From Oopsacas minuta (taxonomy: Eukaryota; Animalia; Porifera): DNA of 30,937 nt. Shown here in pieces: positions 1 to 11,189 of this stretch; positions within the stretch are counted from its first letter, which is position 1; the number at the start of each line of letters is the position of its first letter. Below the pieces are notes generated by a model that was not told the origin of the DNA, did no database searches, and saw only the letters and a list, made by a program, of their open reading frames with translations. The DNA lies in assembly GCA_024704765.1 (NCBI GenBank), contig JAKMXF010000052.1, positions 1-30,937 of the forward strand. Reading direction: 5' to 3'. Both the position numbers and the translations under genes were made by a program.

Positions 1-309
1 TTTCTTGGACGTCTCGAATGTCCTCCTCTAGCATGGTGATCCTTGCATCCTTATCAACTAATTGAGTTTCCAGCAAGGACACCTTTTCATTCAAAATGAC
101 ATTCTTTGCAATGCTAAGTTCTAATCTATTGTCAGTCATTGAATTCTTCCTTTCCAATTCTGAACATTTCTTTCGTATGTCAAAATTTTCCTCCTCTAAT
201 TGTGTGATTCGTGAATCAACACGGGAGAATGTCTCTCCAACATTTCTTGTCGCCAAATCGGCGATTCTAGTAGACAAACTCTTGAGAGTGTCTTTGGGTG
301 GCTTGAATC
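1..309 (-). CDS. Partial exon encoding a coiled-coil segment of an unidentified host gene (runs off the window start)
   Basis: Stop-free minus frame GFKPPKDTLKSLSTRIADLATRNVGETFSRVDSRITQLEEENFDIRKKCSELERKNSMTDNRLELSIAKNVILNEKVSLLETQLVDKDARITMLEEDIRDVQE, with heptad-like L/I/V spacing, preceded by a splice acceptor ttttgtactttag| (AG at 311-310). The plus ORF 96..341 is its antisense shadow. Confidence 0.5.
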
Positions 310-857
310 CTAAAGTACAAAATCACCAATCTTCAGAGTAATAGCATTGTATACATGAAACTATGGCATGAACCTTTTCTGTAAAAGGGATCGTGTAAAC
401 GAGTCGGGCATTATTGAATAGTTATATATTTCAGAAATGGACTGACGATATGTACTTGAATTCATTAAAGTAAATATTTGTTCAACATGCCAAACTATTT
501 GCTTAATAATCAATTATTCGGAGAAATGGATCACACATGAGGCTTCTATAAACTTGCAACTGTAACTGCAATTCTAATGCTGAAAAACTTAATGTTTTTT
601 TCAAAGGAATTTTATACAAATATATACTTATAGTGGTAAAGTTGGCACGTTCCTGACTCACAGTAGTGAGTATGGAAACATATATTAGCAATAATGTACC
701 GCTTGATATAAGAATATATTCTGTTGGGGTTACTCACAATATTATCAGGAATAATTTTCTTACAAATCAGAAAAGTTATGAACTTTATAATCTGTTGCAA
801 GCAGATTCGAAATATCACTTGAAGCCCATAGTAGATAAGCGACACTTTGAAAACAGG

Positions 858-1182
858 AATAAACAAATAACAATTCTATTGAAAGATTATAACTAACATT
901 AGCTTATACTATTAGTGTATTAGTAATTGTATTTGTGTTGGGCAGATAATAATACCATAATTACACGCAAGTTCACTATTAAAGGAAATAGGCTAATAGA
1001 AGTGTTACTATATTGAAAATAAATCCAATAATGTATATTTGCACATTCCTGAAGAAATACTATTAACTTCTAATCGGCAGAAGATAAATTGAATTACTTA
1101 TTAGTATTTGTTGGGTTTGTTAGAATAAGTCTGATAATAGTCTATTTAGTATGCTTTACTAGTGTAATAATTGGATCGTAAT
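858..1182. repeat. 325-bp direct repeat, copy 1
   Basis: Aligns to 1896-2220 at a constant offset of 1038, with no indels and 18 mismatches by hand count (about 94-95% identity). Confidence 0.9.
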
Positions 1183-1895
1183 TAACCATTTTGGAATGGT
1201 GCTGAGAATTATTGATAATCCCAATTCGGTGACAATTGCTTTCAAAGCGTATTCCCAAAAATATGATAAAAAGTATTTGGGGAATTATAAATCAGTTAGC
1301 ATGAGCATTCCTCCTGAATGTTTAGCACATATATTTGCTATACAAATTAAGTTTGTTTGTCTCATTATTATTGGTAAAATCATTCCATTGAATTTTGATG
1401 AATTAAAGCAAATACTGAGGTCAGTGTTGTTGGAAATACAAGTATAATAGCCACAAGGTTTACCTTAATACTTCCTAATGATATAGGGAAGTATAATGTC
1501 AGTCTAGGGATATAAGTATATAATTATTCTAAAAAATAGGTGTCAATTTGGGTCTTTGGGAGGAGTGAGGGGCGCTGTGGCACCTAACTTGGTATTAAGC
1601 CAGAGGAACTCAAAATTTCATTGGCTTTATACGTATATAACATTCCAAATTGGATGTCCGAAATTGTATATCGCTGTTGCGGACATTCATTTGTCTTCCC
1701 TTAGGGTGTTATGTATTAATAGGTAATAATTGTCACTGGTGAAGTGATGATGATAATGTCCAAATTATTTACAAGCATAAGCGGCTGTTCTCGGAAATGT
1801 CTCACCTTTGCAACTGGGTCTCCATCCCGTCTACATCTCTTACTGCACCAAAGTAACAGCACGATGACACAAAAAGCCACAAATAATAGCCATGT

Positions 1896-2220
1896 AATAA
1901 ATAAATAACAATTCTAGAGAAAGATTATAACTAACATTAACTTATACCATTATTGTATTAGTAATTGTATTTGTGTTGGGCAGATAATAATACCATAATT
2001 ACACGCAAGTGCATTAGTAAAGGAAATAGACTAATAGAAGTGTTACTATATTGAAAATATATCCAATATTGTATATTTGCATATTCCTGAAGAAATACTA
2101 TTAACTTCTAATCGGCAGAAGATAAATTGAATTACTTATTAGTACTTGTTGGGTTTGTTAGAATAAGTCTGATAATAGTCTAATTAGTATGCCCTACTAG
2201 TGTAATAATTCGATCGTAAT
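1896..2220. repeat. 325-bp direct repeat, copy 2
   Basis: Second copy of 858-1182. With short extensions it reads TGTAATA(1893)...GTAACA(2226). Confidence 0.9.
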
Positions 2221-2249
2221 GTAACAATTGCAACTTCCGTTGCTTAATA

Positions 2250-3567
2250 CAGTCTGACACGAAATTATTTACGATTATAAATTAACCATAATCCAATTTA
2301 GCATTGATTACTAAAGAAATTGACGATACATTTCTTGTAACGATATGATAGATATTGCCTAAAACAATAATGTCACTAATAGTTAATCTTTTTCCTACCA
2401 GAGGCAATTACCAGATCCACCTTTTTTCATAGAACTTGTGAACTTAGAAAGAAAATCAGGTTCAAACGTTTCCCACTGAGAATATATCATAATCTCCACT
2501 TCCTCAATTGTCTTTGGAGCGTTGACCATTATTCTGTGCTTCAGTACACCCCATAAATTCTCAATAGGGTTGAGATCTGGGTTATTGGAAGGCCAGTCTA
2601 TGCGTCTAACACGGTGTCTCTTTGAAAGCACATGAAAACTTTGATGTATGGATACTCGAATTATCTTCTTGCAATTTCCAGCCATCAGGGTATAATGTAT
2701 CTGCAGTCTGATACAGAACTTCATTTAATACATTACAATAATGTTCTGAATTAAAGTTATGCTTGAAAACCTTCACTGGGGTGGCACCTCGAGCAGAAAT
2801 TCCTCCCCAAATGTGTACTTTGGGACTAGGCCGTGGAATGTTGAGGGTTGGTCATCCACATTCGAATTCTACCCTGATTTAGCCAGATAGAACATTCATC
2901 CGTAAATATTATCTTGAGGCAGTGAATATTCCTGTGTTTCTTGGCCCAATTGACACGTATTTTCTCATTTTGGGGAGCGATTCCTGGCCCTCTGATCGGA
3001 ACTTTCTTATAAAGTCCCATACTCTTTATTGTCCTCCGTATCGACTCTCTAGATATATCTAAACCCTGAGTGACCCGAAATTCACTTGCTATCCTTCTTA
3101 TAGATACTCGTGGAGCTTTTCGGAGCTTGGCTGCAAGAGATATCTTGTTATTTTCGGACATTTTCATTGGTCTACCAGCTCCTTTTCGATGCTTCATATT
3201 TTTGAATCTGACACTGTAGCTTTGACATTACACACGGTCTTCAAAGAAACTCTACATCGCTTTGAAACTAACTTTATAGTAGTTGTTGTCAATTTTAACA
3301 ACTCCGAAACTTCTTGTCGTTTGGCTTGTTGCATTTATTTCGAAGAATTCTAGTTCACCACAGAAAAGGAATAAAATGCTCAGTAATCACCAAGGATGCC
3401 ACGACAAAATCAAAGAAATGTGGTAAAAATCAAAAAATTTTGAAAAAACAAAAATATGTACTTATTGTTTATATAAAGTGCTCCAGATATAGCAATTTCG
3501 TTCTTTTGCAATATTACGGGTTCTAAAGAAATAATCAGAAAATTGTCAATAATTTCGTGTCAGACTG
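2250..3567 (-). mobile_element. Full-length decayed Tc1-family DNA transposon (1318 bp)
   Basis: 27-bp TIRs CAGTCTGACACGAAATTATT(T/G)AC(G/A)ATT at 2250-2276 and 3541-3567 (25/27 match). TA on the left flank, TTA on the right. Internal transposase pseudogene. Confidence 0.92.
2395..3334 (-). pseudogene. Tc1 DD34E transposase pseudogene
   Basis: MQQAKRQEV... HTH, KGAGRP linker, IFTDE, PKVHIWGGISARG, LQEDN...WPSNNPDLNPIENLW, spread over several frames with stops. D-to-E spacing is 34 if a 2-nt deletion is allowed. Confidence 0.9.
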
Positions 3568-4079
3568 TTAGAGCTATTGCAGGGCTGTTTCAATTCCTGT
3601 CGTATTGACGTCGTCATCCCTGTGTAAGCGCAGGAAGTATTTCAGATCATACATATTTACAAATAATTTTGACACAAACGAGCTGGAGAACTAATTCAAC
3701 GAAAGGATTACTACTTGCAGACAGTTTACATGCAAACGGACCGAAACAATAATACATGGAAAGTCCCACTACAACAATTCAACTTGTGCTTTTCACATCA
3801 CCCCTGACCCAGGAGCAACCATGACACTATCTAATCCCGTTCCTATATCGCTAGCGTATAGATACAAGGGTCCCTAAAACAGCAAACGCATTTGAATCAG
3901 GATAACACCATGAATACAAAGTTGAATCCGGTCATTTGCAGCTAGAAATTATGTGAATAAATGTATTAATTATGAAGGTGGTGGAAGCCTCCTTTTGTTG
4001 CTTCTAGGGTTTCTGAAGCCAGTGCAATAAAATGACAAGCAAGGGAGCCAGTTCTACTTAGTTTAAATATATCAATTTG

Positions 4080-5345
4080 CTACTGAATTGTAGAAATATT
4101 TTTGAATCAATTGCAAAGTTCTTAAGATAGCAATATTAATTCTGAACTGTACAAGTATTTTTGAATCCATTTCAAATTTCACAAAATTGGAATTTTGATT
4201 CTTATCCACACAAATATTTTGGAACCAAATACGAATTTCTCAAATCTGCATTTCTGATTGTGAACTATACAAATGCTTTAAATCAAAGACTAATTTGGCA
4301 ACTTGAGATTTTTGATGCTGTTCTGTACAAATATTCTTGAATCCATTGCTCATATCGCAACATTGGAAGTTTGATTCTTACTGCACAAATATTATTGAAT
4401 CACATACGAATTTCGCAAAATGGACATTTTGATTTTGAATTGTATAATTATTTTTGAATAAGATACAAATTTGCAATTGCGGAATATTGACGCTGAACTG
4501 TACAAATAAATTTGAATCCATTGCTCATTTCGCAACATTGGAAGTTTGATTTTTACTGCACAAATATTATTGAATGACATACGAATTTCGCAAAATGGAC
4601 ATTTTGATTTTGAATTGTACAAATATTTTTGAATAATATACAAATTTTGCAATTGCGGAATATTGACGCTGAACTGTACAAATAAATTTGAATCTATTGC
4701 TCATTTCGCAACATTGGAATTTTGATTCTTACTGCACAAATATTATTGAATCACATACGAATTTCGCAATATCCAAATATTGATTTTGAACTGTACAAAA
4801 TATTTTTGAATCTATTCCAAATTTCACAATATGGAGATTTTGATTGTGAACTGTCTAAATTTTTGAATCCATTTCTCATTTCGCAACTTTGCAGTTCTGA
4901 TTTTGAACTCTACAACTGTTTTGAATCAAATACAGATACTGCAACTTGTGATTTTTGATACTGTACTGTATAAATATTTTGAATGGGATACAAATTTTGC
5001 TACTTGCGAATATTATCCGCAAACATTACAAATTTTTTCGAATCAATTATAAATTTCGTTACTTGAGAATCTTCATTCTGAACTGTATAAATATTTTTTA
5101 ATCAAATACAAATTTTGCAACACGTGAATTCATGATACCAACTGTGCAAATACTTTTGGATCAATTGCAAAGCTCTTAACATGGGAATCTTGATTCTGAA
5201 GTGTAAAAACATTTTTGATTCTATTACAATTTTGGGGTTGTGAATTTTAATACTGAACTTGTCAAATATTTTCAATCCATTACATTTTTAGTATATTATG
5301 AATTTTGATGCTCACTGTGCAATATTTTTCATTAATTACAATTTT
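4080..5345. repeat. Diverged tandem array, about 22 units of about 58-59 bp, with an internal about 175-bp trimer
   Basis: Recurrent TGAACTGTACAAATATTTTTGAATC...AATTTCGCAA...ATTTTGAT motif. CTGCACAAAT recurs at 4381, 4556 and 4732. Confidence 0.88.
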
Positions 5346-5840
5346 CGATTTCAAAATGCCTGTCATGCCAAATTTTGAATTAAATCAAAAACATATTTTT
5401 GGGTCAGTATCATAAATGCCATGTTGCGAAATTCGTAATTAATTCATTAACATTTGTATGTTTCGGTCACAAAATGCCTGTGGTGCAAATTTTCGATTTG
5501 AGGAGTCATGAGAATTTTTCTCACCATCTTTGTCAAAATCTTAAAAATTGTGTTATCCTTCCTGAAATATACTTAACCAAGGAGAGGATGCTCCAGAATT
5601 GAAAATTTTCAATTTTGAATATTTTTGACTTCATTCTGCGACTTTGATTGACGTCAGTTCTATTCTAAAAGAGAAAAATTTCCTTTTTGTACAATTTTCC
5701 TCCTAATGCAGGAATACTTGGTACAGCATTTCATTTTTTATATTCTTTATCCAGGGGTCATTGGGTATCGCCGATAATATAATCTCATCGCTAGTACATT
5801 CCCTTTTTTCTTTTACAATTAGATTTCTCTTTTCTTGAAT

Positions 5841-6555
5841 ATGTCTTCTCATTCATCTGATAATCCTTCTACCTCCTCTTAATCTAACAAACAAAACGAT
5901 CTATGGGAGCACGGAAAACATGACTCTCTTTCCTCTAACTCCTCCTGTTATTTCATCAACCTCGATACTTTCAGTCCCAGCACTGTTCCTACCCCCATTT
6001 CCTCACAACCACCAACACCAGGTCTAACTCTACCTATCAGATCTTTTGAACTAAACTCATAGGAGTCGCAGGTGTTCTTTCCTATTTCCTCAACTATAAC
6101 TGCCCCTCGTGAAAGAATGCCTCGACATTGGAAAAAATACAGATTTCGAGGTAATCAATACACCAAAATATAGCTACCCTCCTCTTCTTCAGACAATTCT
6201 ACTATACTTGATACTTCTACCCAATCTATCCCTCAATCCAAGCGATACAGATACAAGGTTCCTCGCTGTGGTTATACCTCAAGATTGTCTGTCGCTTTTC
6301 CATATAGAAAGTATCAAGTTCTAATGAAAAGAGTTCCAGACACCACCCGGACAGTCAAAGCAACCAAACCACATGGGATGAGAATTTTAGACATCGGCAT
6401 ACTTGCTGAAGCAATAGCGAAGATTCGCTGCACTTACTGTTCAAATAATTACCTCTCGTTATATGAATCAGACTTCGTACATGGTTGGCAAACGTATTTC
6501 TATATAAAGTGTGCCTCCTATCACCACCTATACGCAGAAATCCTTCTTCCAACCC
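5841..6555 (+). pseudogene. N-terminal fragment of a 'Mutator-like' (PF20700-type, probably Kolobok-related) transposase
   Basis: One frame from ATG 5841 through ORF 6285..6584 with three internal stops: S/P-rich leader, MPRHWKKYRFRGNQYTK, then GMRILDIGILAEAIAKIRCTYC..LSLYE..GWQTYFYIKC. This matches my recollection of the RFRGNQY and G.RI.D..L..C..C..L.E motifs of that family. The catalytic region is absent. Confidence 0.6.
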
Positions 6556-6684
6556 CACACGGGTCTCTCAGAAAATCATATTGATCGAAAAAACGAGGTC
6601 CTTGAGATTTTTCATGATTCTTGTGTAGAATTTTGCGTAGAATCCGATTCTGTTGCCAAAAAATATTTATCACACAAATTTTTG

Positions 6685-6698
6685 NGTATAAGAGACAG
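6685..6698 (+). other. Contig junction (single N) followed by a probable Nextera/Tn5 mosaic-end adapter remnant
   Basis: N at 6685, then GTATAAGAGACAG, which is the last 13 nt of AGATGTGTATAAGAGACAG. Confidence 0.7.
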
Positions 6699-8149
6699 TG
6701 TTACATCCCATTGTTCTGAATACATCAAGTAATGTCACAACAAGTTCTTCATAAATTGGTGATTTCTTAGTTCCTACAAAGTTCTCATTTAAAGATTTGA
6801 AAGAATTCCATGGTGCTTTCTCGACAGAATTTAGACATGCTTCGAAGTTTAAATCCTTGAATTGTTCTCTAATTTGGGACCTATAAATTCCCCTTCTTTG
6901 ATTATAGCATGATTGACCTTAGGAAATTTGTCCTTGCGGTATTTGAAATCTTCTCCTTCTTTATTGTATTTTCCTATCGCCTCTACAAAGTTTTTCATCA
7001 AACCCAGTTTTATGCGTAGAGGTAGTAACAGAATTTTCTCTAGATATACTAAGAACTGACAGCTTGCACTCTTTACACCAGCAGTTAATTGATATTGTAA
7101 AGGCCACTCCTTAACTTTATAGTGGGATTGCCTTGTTCTACTATCCCACTCATAGAGGAAGCAACAATATCTCCTGTATTCAGGTTGCATACCCAACAAA
7201 GTTCAATTACCTTCAGATCACCACAGATGTGCCAATTATAATAGTCATATCTGATCATTTACAATAAGATATCCATACTCTCATGAGACTCCATCATTTG
7301 TACCGAATGACCTATCCGTATGGATGGTAATACATTACCTGTATGAAGTAAGAATGCATTGTGTCTGTACTTAGAAGAATCAATGAAGAGCTGTCACTTT
7401 GGTGGTTCGTGTTGAACACGTAAAATTCCATCACACGATCCACATTGTTAGAATAACAAAGAGGGCCCTGCATTTCAAAATGTACAGATTAATCACTTTG
7501 ACGGGTCCTGAAAAATGAAACTTTAGTCTCCTCATCCATTAAGTTCCAACCTTTCAATCTTAACCCAAGCAATTCACTTTGATCTTTTTGTCTAATTCAA
7601 GTCTCCAACCAAATCATTCAGCTCACTTTGATTAATGATGTGGGGAAGTTTTGTTTTATCAGGTGGCATAGGCGGAGGTATAAATTCTTCATCATCTTGA
7701 TCTAGCATAGCATATTCAACAGTACCGTCATCAACGGAACTTTCTTAGGCTTAGGTACTTCGAATTCTGTAGAATGCTTAACAAGACGAATCGCAGATTG
7801 AAGTTTGAAGTAATATATACTCTTTTTTGGTCTTAGAAGTGATTCCTATAATATCAGTCAAACAGAATTAACAATCAGTATAATGATCTCTTGGTAGGGA
7901 GGTATAGTACTCTTATCGTATAACGTAACTTAATGCACTCGGTAAATCGGTAAATGATTCCGGATAACCTGTAAAACTCGTTGTTTTTACTCCACCCCAA
8001 GGCTTATCTTGGTCACCAATCTTGCAACCGAAATATTGCTTATATCCCTTGTGTACAAAGGGAGACATGTCTCTCAGCTGAAATTTAGTAGTTAATTCTC
8101 TACAAATATAACAGAAAGATTCGGTTGAGTTTGAACATCGACGAGACAT
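6699..8149 (-). pseudogene. Chapaev3-type transposase pseudogene (N-terminal and central part)
   Basis: MSRRCSNSTESFCYIC..YFGCKIGDQDKPW, QSELNDLVGDLN, LFIDSS, WHICGDLKV, CCFLYEWDSR, IKLGLMKNFVEAI, FIGP, PWNSFKSLNENFVG..FRTMGCN. Several frameshifts and stops and a deletion after DQDKPW. A splice acceptor ccttttcag| lies 2 nt upstream of the ATG. Confidence 0.82.
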
Positions 8150-8450
8150 TACTGAAAAGGAATAAATACAAATACAATCAGATAGTCTCCTCTTGAAAGA
8201 GGAAATAAATTCTATATAATTGAAGAATATTTGAATTGTTAGACAATATATACGGAAGGTATTAATACATATACAATTATACATTCTATAGATACCTATG
8301 GAAACATGTTTTTGGAAATTTCCGAATTTTATGAAATCTCTGCCTGATAGAGAAATACTGATTGGATATTTGGTATCAGGGTACTTGAAGACAAAAGAAA
8401 CACAACCGTGTATTCCAGAAGCAAAAACTGTTCAAAATTTTTGGACAGTG
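6699..8450 (-). mobile_element. Chapaev3-type (CMC superfamily) DNA transposon, 5' three-quarters
   Basis: Minus-strand terminus CACTGTCCAAAAATTTT at 8450, flanked by TTA. The about 130-bp terminal repeat is homologous to 22318-22445. Transposase pseudogene inside. Confidence 0.8.
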
Positions 8451-8453
8451 TTA

Positions 8454-8505
8454 TCTTTTGGAAAATTAAGACAAAACATAGTCTCAATTTCATCTTGACA
8501 CACTG
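8454..8505 (+). mobile_element. Right end and TIR of the Tc1 element that begins at 21032
   Basis: 8480-8505 is the reverse complement of CAGT(G/C)TGTCAAGATGAAATTGAGACT at 21032-21057 (25/26 match). Confidence 0.85.
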
Positions 8506-8537
8506 TTTCTGGGCAAACAGTTCCCGATTACATTTAT

Positions 8538-8652
8538 GGCCGCTATTCATAAGGTTTATCACATAAAAATATAAAAGCCTATTGATTAAAGGTTTTACAT
8601 TAGGTTTGAGTGATTACACATAAATCCTATGATAAACCTAGAATAAATGGCA
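8538..8652. mobile_element. Possible degraded MITE (Harbinger-like ends)
   Basis: GGCCGCTATTCATAAGGTTTATCA...TGATAAACCTAGAATAAATGGC imperfect inverted ends; no TSD recognisable. Confidence 0.35.
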
Positions 8653-8833
8653 GTCTCGAAAAGTAAAATCTTAGAATCGGTCTAAAAAGCATAATAGAAG
8701 TTCACGAACTATAAACTTCGAAATGAATCAATCGCTAATCGCGGCTACTATTAATCTACTAACCAACTACGTGATGTCTTTATCACTTTCTGAGATTCAC
8801 CACCAATCGCAAGGCTTATTGAATGCCCTAGTG

Positions 8834-8948
8834 CACTATTTCTCGAACTGGGGGTCGCAGAGCATTTTATTTTGTATTAGCATCTATTAGACAGGTCGCA
8901 TATATACAAAGTAGGGGCGTCGCGGACTAAAAAGATTGAGAACCAATG
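8834..8948. mobile_element. hAT (Buster/Charlie-like) MITE, about 115 bp
   Basis: Ends CACTATTTCTCGAACTGGGGGTCGC and GTCGCGGACTAAAAAGATTGAGAACCAATG resemble CAGTGGTTCTCAA-type TIRs. Flanks CCCTAGTG and GACTAGTC both have the central TA of Buster-type TSDs but match only 5/8. Confidence 0.55.
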
Positions 8949-8988
8949 ACTAGTCGAATATTAACAGACCTAAGAAATCGTCAACATA

Positions 8989-10269
8989 CTGGGTGGCCCT
9001 GAAGTCCTGTCCCATTGATAAAGTGGAATAGCTTGACTAAACTGTATGCTATTGCCTGGCAATTTTTACTCGTCTTACAAAATACTTTCAGAAATATATG
9101 ATATCTTTACGACTCAATATAACCTCCTCGTTTTTTTACTACGGCTCTCAATCGTCAAGAAAACGCTCTAACCGCGACACGAATGCTTTGCTGAGGTATT
9201 TTGTTCCACTCCCTTGTTAAAGACCATTTCAAACACTCGACAGAGGTATGAGACTTGGCGCAAGCATTGGTCTCCAGGATGGACCAATTTGCAAAGTCCA
9301 TCGGCTTCAGGTCTGGACTATAGGGAGGCCATTCTGTCTCCTGAATAAATCCTGGAAAATTGTTTTGGAGCCAGGTTTGGTACTATAGGCGTGTGAGCCG
9401 GTGCTCCATCCTACTGGAATATAAACGGTTCCCCATTAAACATTGTTTCACCTAGATTCTGCAATACAGGCTCCAAGATAAGATCCCGATAGGTGGTAGC
9501 ATTTAGTTTTACTCCAGGGGGGACAAATATCAATGGTGCCCATACCATCACAGATTGAGCTCTCTGTATGTGACTCACGTATCGGTACTTTTCTGAGATA
9601 CTAGAACGTGTTGCCGATGTGATCCTGTCATTTTGAGAGTTTGTAACTTCCTGAATAGTGAATATCTTCTCATCGGAAAACAGAATCGTTTCGAGACCGT
9701 GATTTGCGTGCCGCTCAAGCAACCCTTTACATCTAGACATTTGTTTTTGCTTAACTTGGTCTGTTAGAACTACCTGGAAAAAAGAAAACTTTCTTATGTA
9801 AGGGTCGAATCATAAGTGCTGCAAAACATACCTTACCGCACACACCTGAAGATCTACAGCCATCTTCTTCATGGATCGACGCAAGTTACGTCGGATTCGC
9901 TCCCGTACCCTCTTGACAAGCCTGGGAGTCGTAACTGAGGACGACCGGATCTAGCCTTGTCCTTTACTCCCCCTGTTTTCTTGTACCACAAGATCTTCCG
10001 ATATACAAACTTCCATCGACTCCTGGGCATATTGACCAACTTTAAAATTTCTCCTGGGCCCTTACAATTTTCAAAAAACCGAATAATTCCTGCTTTCCCG
10101 ACTTCCATTAGCTTAACTAAGTGCTAGAGGAAGTGAACCAGGTATATGCTTAGTAATATTTGTATTACTGACTCAATTGGTTCGATTACAATATTAAATC
10201 ATACAGTGAATCTAGTATTTTCATTTCCTTGCATTATAAAAGATGGGACACAACTTTGGGGCTACCTTG
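8989..10269 (-). mobile_element. Full-length decayed maT (DD37D) transposon (1281 bp)
   Basis: TA on both flanks (8987-8988, 10270-10271). TIRs CTGGGTGGCCCTGAAGTCCTGTCCCAT and CAAGGTAGCCCCAAAGTTGTGTCCCAT, imperfect (about 19/27). Confidence 0.88.
9107..10108 (-). pseudogene. maT DD37D transposase pseudogene
   Basis: DKARSGRP, ILFSDEKIFT..NSQNDR, SVMVW, FQ*DGAPAHT..WPPYSPDLKPMD (37 residues between the 2nd and 3rd D after frameshift repair), ending KRGGYIES*. Confidence 0.9.
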
Positions 10270-11189
10270 TACATGATATCAGTTTTTTCCGGGGTAATGC
10301 AATATTTTGAGCTGTCTCAATAATTTCAACTCCATCCAATGAGATATACTATATCGTCAAACTTAACAGTTTATCAATCGTTGGAATGAGTTATATTGTC
10401 AAAATCCTACATACGAATTCTTAAAACTACATTGTATCTGAGAAAAATAAGTGGCTAAATATCCTTTAGGATAATTGGCGGATAAGGATAAATAGCCATT
10501 TGTGTCCATCTATCTTGAGATAAATCGACATGTATTTGTGCGTGTGTTTACTTGAAATTACTTCCTTGTTCACATCTTTGGACTTTGGGGGGGTTAAGAC
10601 CAGATTTGGCATGTATACTCGCAATGAGATCTAGATGTACACGTTATCGAAGTGCTGTGCATCGCGCCCTGTATGGATTTTGCCCCTGTTTACTAAAAAC
10701 ATTGTTTATTGATTATATATGCATACCGCCTACGGCACCATGTACGATGCAACAAAGCTGCGTCTTGTAATGTGTACTGGATTTATTTCGCAATATTTAT
10801 ATAAACGAGCGAGTTTCGCTTTCGGTTTACAATCACGTTATTAGGGGAAACCAGGCCTGACTAAGTCAATGTACAGATGGCCAAGTAGAAATGTTTTAAG
10901 TTTACATTTTATTGCCTTTGTCAAGATTACTGAGCTAAAGCTCTTTACAAATCTTAGTTTCCCAGTTTAAATATGCACTACTTGTATTATTAAAAAGTAA
11001 CTTGCAAGAAATATAATTTATTAATTAAACATTTACCCATTGAATAACAAACAGAAGACTAAACAAACAAATAGAAGCTAGAAAACTAATTATGTCCTAC
11101 TTGGGTGCAGCTACCACATTTCGACCAGTGTCCACTTCAATTGGTAGCTGCACCTTCAGGAATGAGGAAGAAATCAGGAAAAGGTAGGA

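Noticed and set aside
3740-3860. HYNNSTCAFHITPDPGATMTLS resembling a CUB-domain strand
   Set aside because: About 20 residues of similarity in a frame with nearby stops and no clear splice sites; not distinguishable from chance without a profile search.
4080-5345. Tandem arrays (also 12706-12983) as CRISPR arrays or repeat-protein genes
   Set aside because: Units are contiguous with no unique spacers, there are no cas genes, the context is eukaryotic, and unit lengths (about 58 with indels, and 16) break the reading frame. ORFs 4392..4652, 4722..4958, 12621..12821 and 12842..13060 are by-products.
10452-10500. Small imperfect hairpin TGGCTAAATATCCTT...AAGGATAAATAGCCA
   Set aside because: Too short, with no TSD and no second copy in the window.
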